Assembly (NCBI GenBank): GCA_963744145.1
Contig: CAVUSO010000001.1
Location: forward strand, 416,001 to 480,000
DNA length: 64,000 nt
Direction of reading: 5' to 3'
From: an uncultured cyanobacterium
Lineage (GTDB): Bacteria > Cyanobacteriota > Cyanobacteriia > Cyanobacteriales > CAWUOF01
Shown in pieces: positions 63,035 through 64,000 of this stretch. Numbering within the stretch: position 1 is the stretch's first letter; the number at the start of each line of letters is the position of its first letter. A program made the translations under genes and the position numbers. Under the pieces are notes generated by a model that was given only the letters and a program-made list of their open reading frames with translations, was not told the DNA's origin and did no database searches.

Positions 63035-64000
63035 TCTGGCTCTATTTCTAGTAATTCTCGACGGATTCGGTAACTCCAATAGCCCTGACCAACTACGGAG
63101 AGAAGATTGTCAAGCACTTGCCGTCGTTCGTCAAGGTTGACAATAGGTTCTGATAGTATGCGTTGAATATACGCAACACTATGTTGTCCGGCAGGGTGAG
63201 GTGCAGCGAAGACATGAACCATCACATCGCTCGGATCGGCAGCAAAGGTTTTGAAAGGGGGGCTGATAGCACGTTTAGTGTAATTAGAATTACGCTCTAG
63301 TATACGTATGTTCTCTTCCAAAACATCTGTTAAGGTGATGCTGGAATGGGTAGTAATCAAAACATGGCTCTGTCTTCCCTCCAGAGTTTTATCTAGTAAA
63401 GAAACAATTTGACGTTTCCAAAAGTCGTTAAAGTGAACCTCTGGTTCATCCAGTAAAATTAAAGCTTCAGTTTTACCTAAGAGGGTAAAAAGGCACATCC
63501 GACCCAAAAAACTACGCTCACCATCACTTAGCCAATCGAGCAAATGTAAGGGTGGAGTTTCCTGTTCTTCACTTTCAGGATGAGCGGAAACTGAACGTTC
63601 TAGGAAAATATTGACTTCTCTCAACACAGATTGACCGTTGTCATCCACCTTGCCTAATTGAGCTAACTCTTTGAAAAGCTGTAAACCACTGGAAAATTCT
63701 TTGATAATTGCTTGAGCAACAGAGTTTTCTGAATTTGTTAGGTCAAATACTAGCAAGTAATCGCTTCCCAGGCAAAGGTGACGAGTTGCGATTGACGCCA
63801 AACGCTTTACCTGTTCTCGATCTGTGAGGCTGGCAGTGGCTTCGGTCATGCGGAACTTGAGAGAGAAACCAGCGATCGCCCTAATCTTCGCGCCTTCTAA
63901 CACATCTCCTAAGCGACGGCGATCGCACTCTTCTGCTAAATCTGTAAGTAATCCACAGAGAGTGACCAGAGAAATTTGATTAGCCTCGATCAGCAAACAT
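63031..64000 (-). CDS. ABC/AAA ATPase (PtuA-like), 5' part outside the window
   Basis: LSDGE signature, LILLDEPEVHFN Walker B, ITTHS H-loop. Confidence 0.88.
   Translation of the reverse strand, partial: CLLIEANQISLVTLCGLLTDLAEECDRRRLGDVLEGAKIRAIAGFSLKFRMTEATASLTDREQVKRLASIATRHLCLGSDYLLVFDLTNSENSVAQAIIKEFSSGLQLFKELAQLGKVDDNGQSVLREVNIFLERSVSAHPESEEQETPPLHLLDWLSDGERSFLGRMCLFTLLGKTEALILLDEPEVHFNDFWKRQIVSLLDKTLEGRQSHVLITTHSSITLTDVLEENIRILERNSNYTKRAISPPFKTFAADPSDVMVHVFAAPHPAGQHSVAYIQRILSEPIVNLDERRQVLDNLLSVVGQGYWSYRIRRELLEIEPE

Overview
Chromosomal window from a cyanobacterium (dense HIP1 GCGATCGC sites, psaC, ccmS, psb34; filamentous Oscillatoriales-like is my inference). A housekeeping backbone (nnr, mnmA, tRNA-Ser(CGA), comEC, glyQ, glmS, psaC, hdrB-like, acpP, fabF, tkt, rpiA, cax, GH57) is interleaved with accessory patches: (i) a repeat-bracketed kinase-GUN4 plus Uma2 block, where the GUN4 tail looks like a diversity-generating-retroelement variable region and two Uma2 genes are each framed by 14-bp HIP1-containing inverted repeats; (ii) an unexplained three-gene regulatory module (stand-alone IS1595-type Zn-ribbon/HTH, double-HTH XRE protein, PAS-like protein) around a palindrome-rich 700-bp spacer; (iii) a tRNA-Ser-adjacent island of defence-type genes and fused gene fragments; (iv) a HIP1-punctuated run of secreted and membrane proteins; (v) a Tn7-end-like repeat directly after glmS followed by a collapsed type I RM plus PIN toxin-antitoxin operon; (vi) a two-glycosyltransferase plus TPS-adhesin operon; (vii) a terminal island with a KGK-like protein, an atypical MTase, a six-cysteine peptide and an ATPase-HNH (Septu/PtuAB-like) pair running off the window. 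No CRISPR array, reverse transcriptase, integrase or intact transposase is visible. Frameshifts in glyQ and fabF suggest assembly indels, so single-frameshift pseudogene calls need caution. All family assignments come from motif recognition, not database searches.
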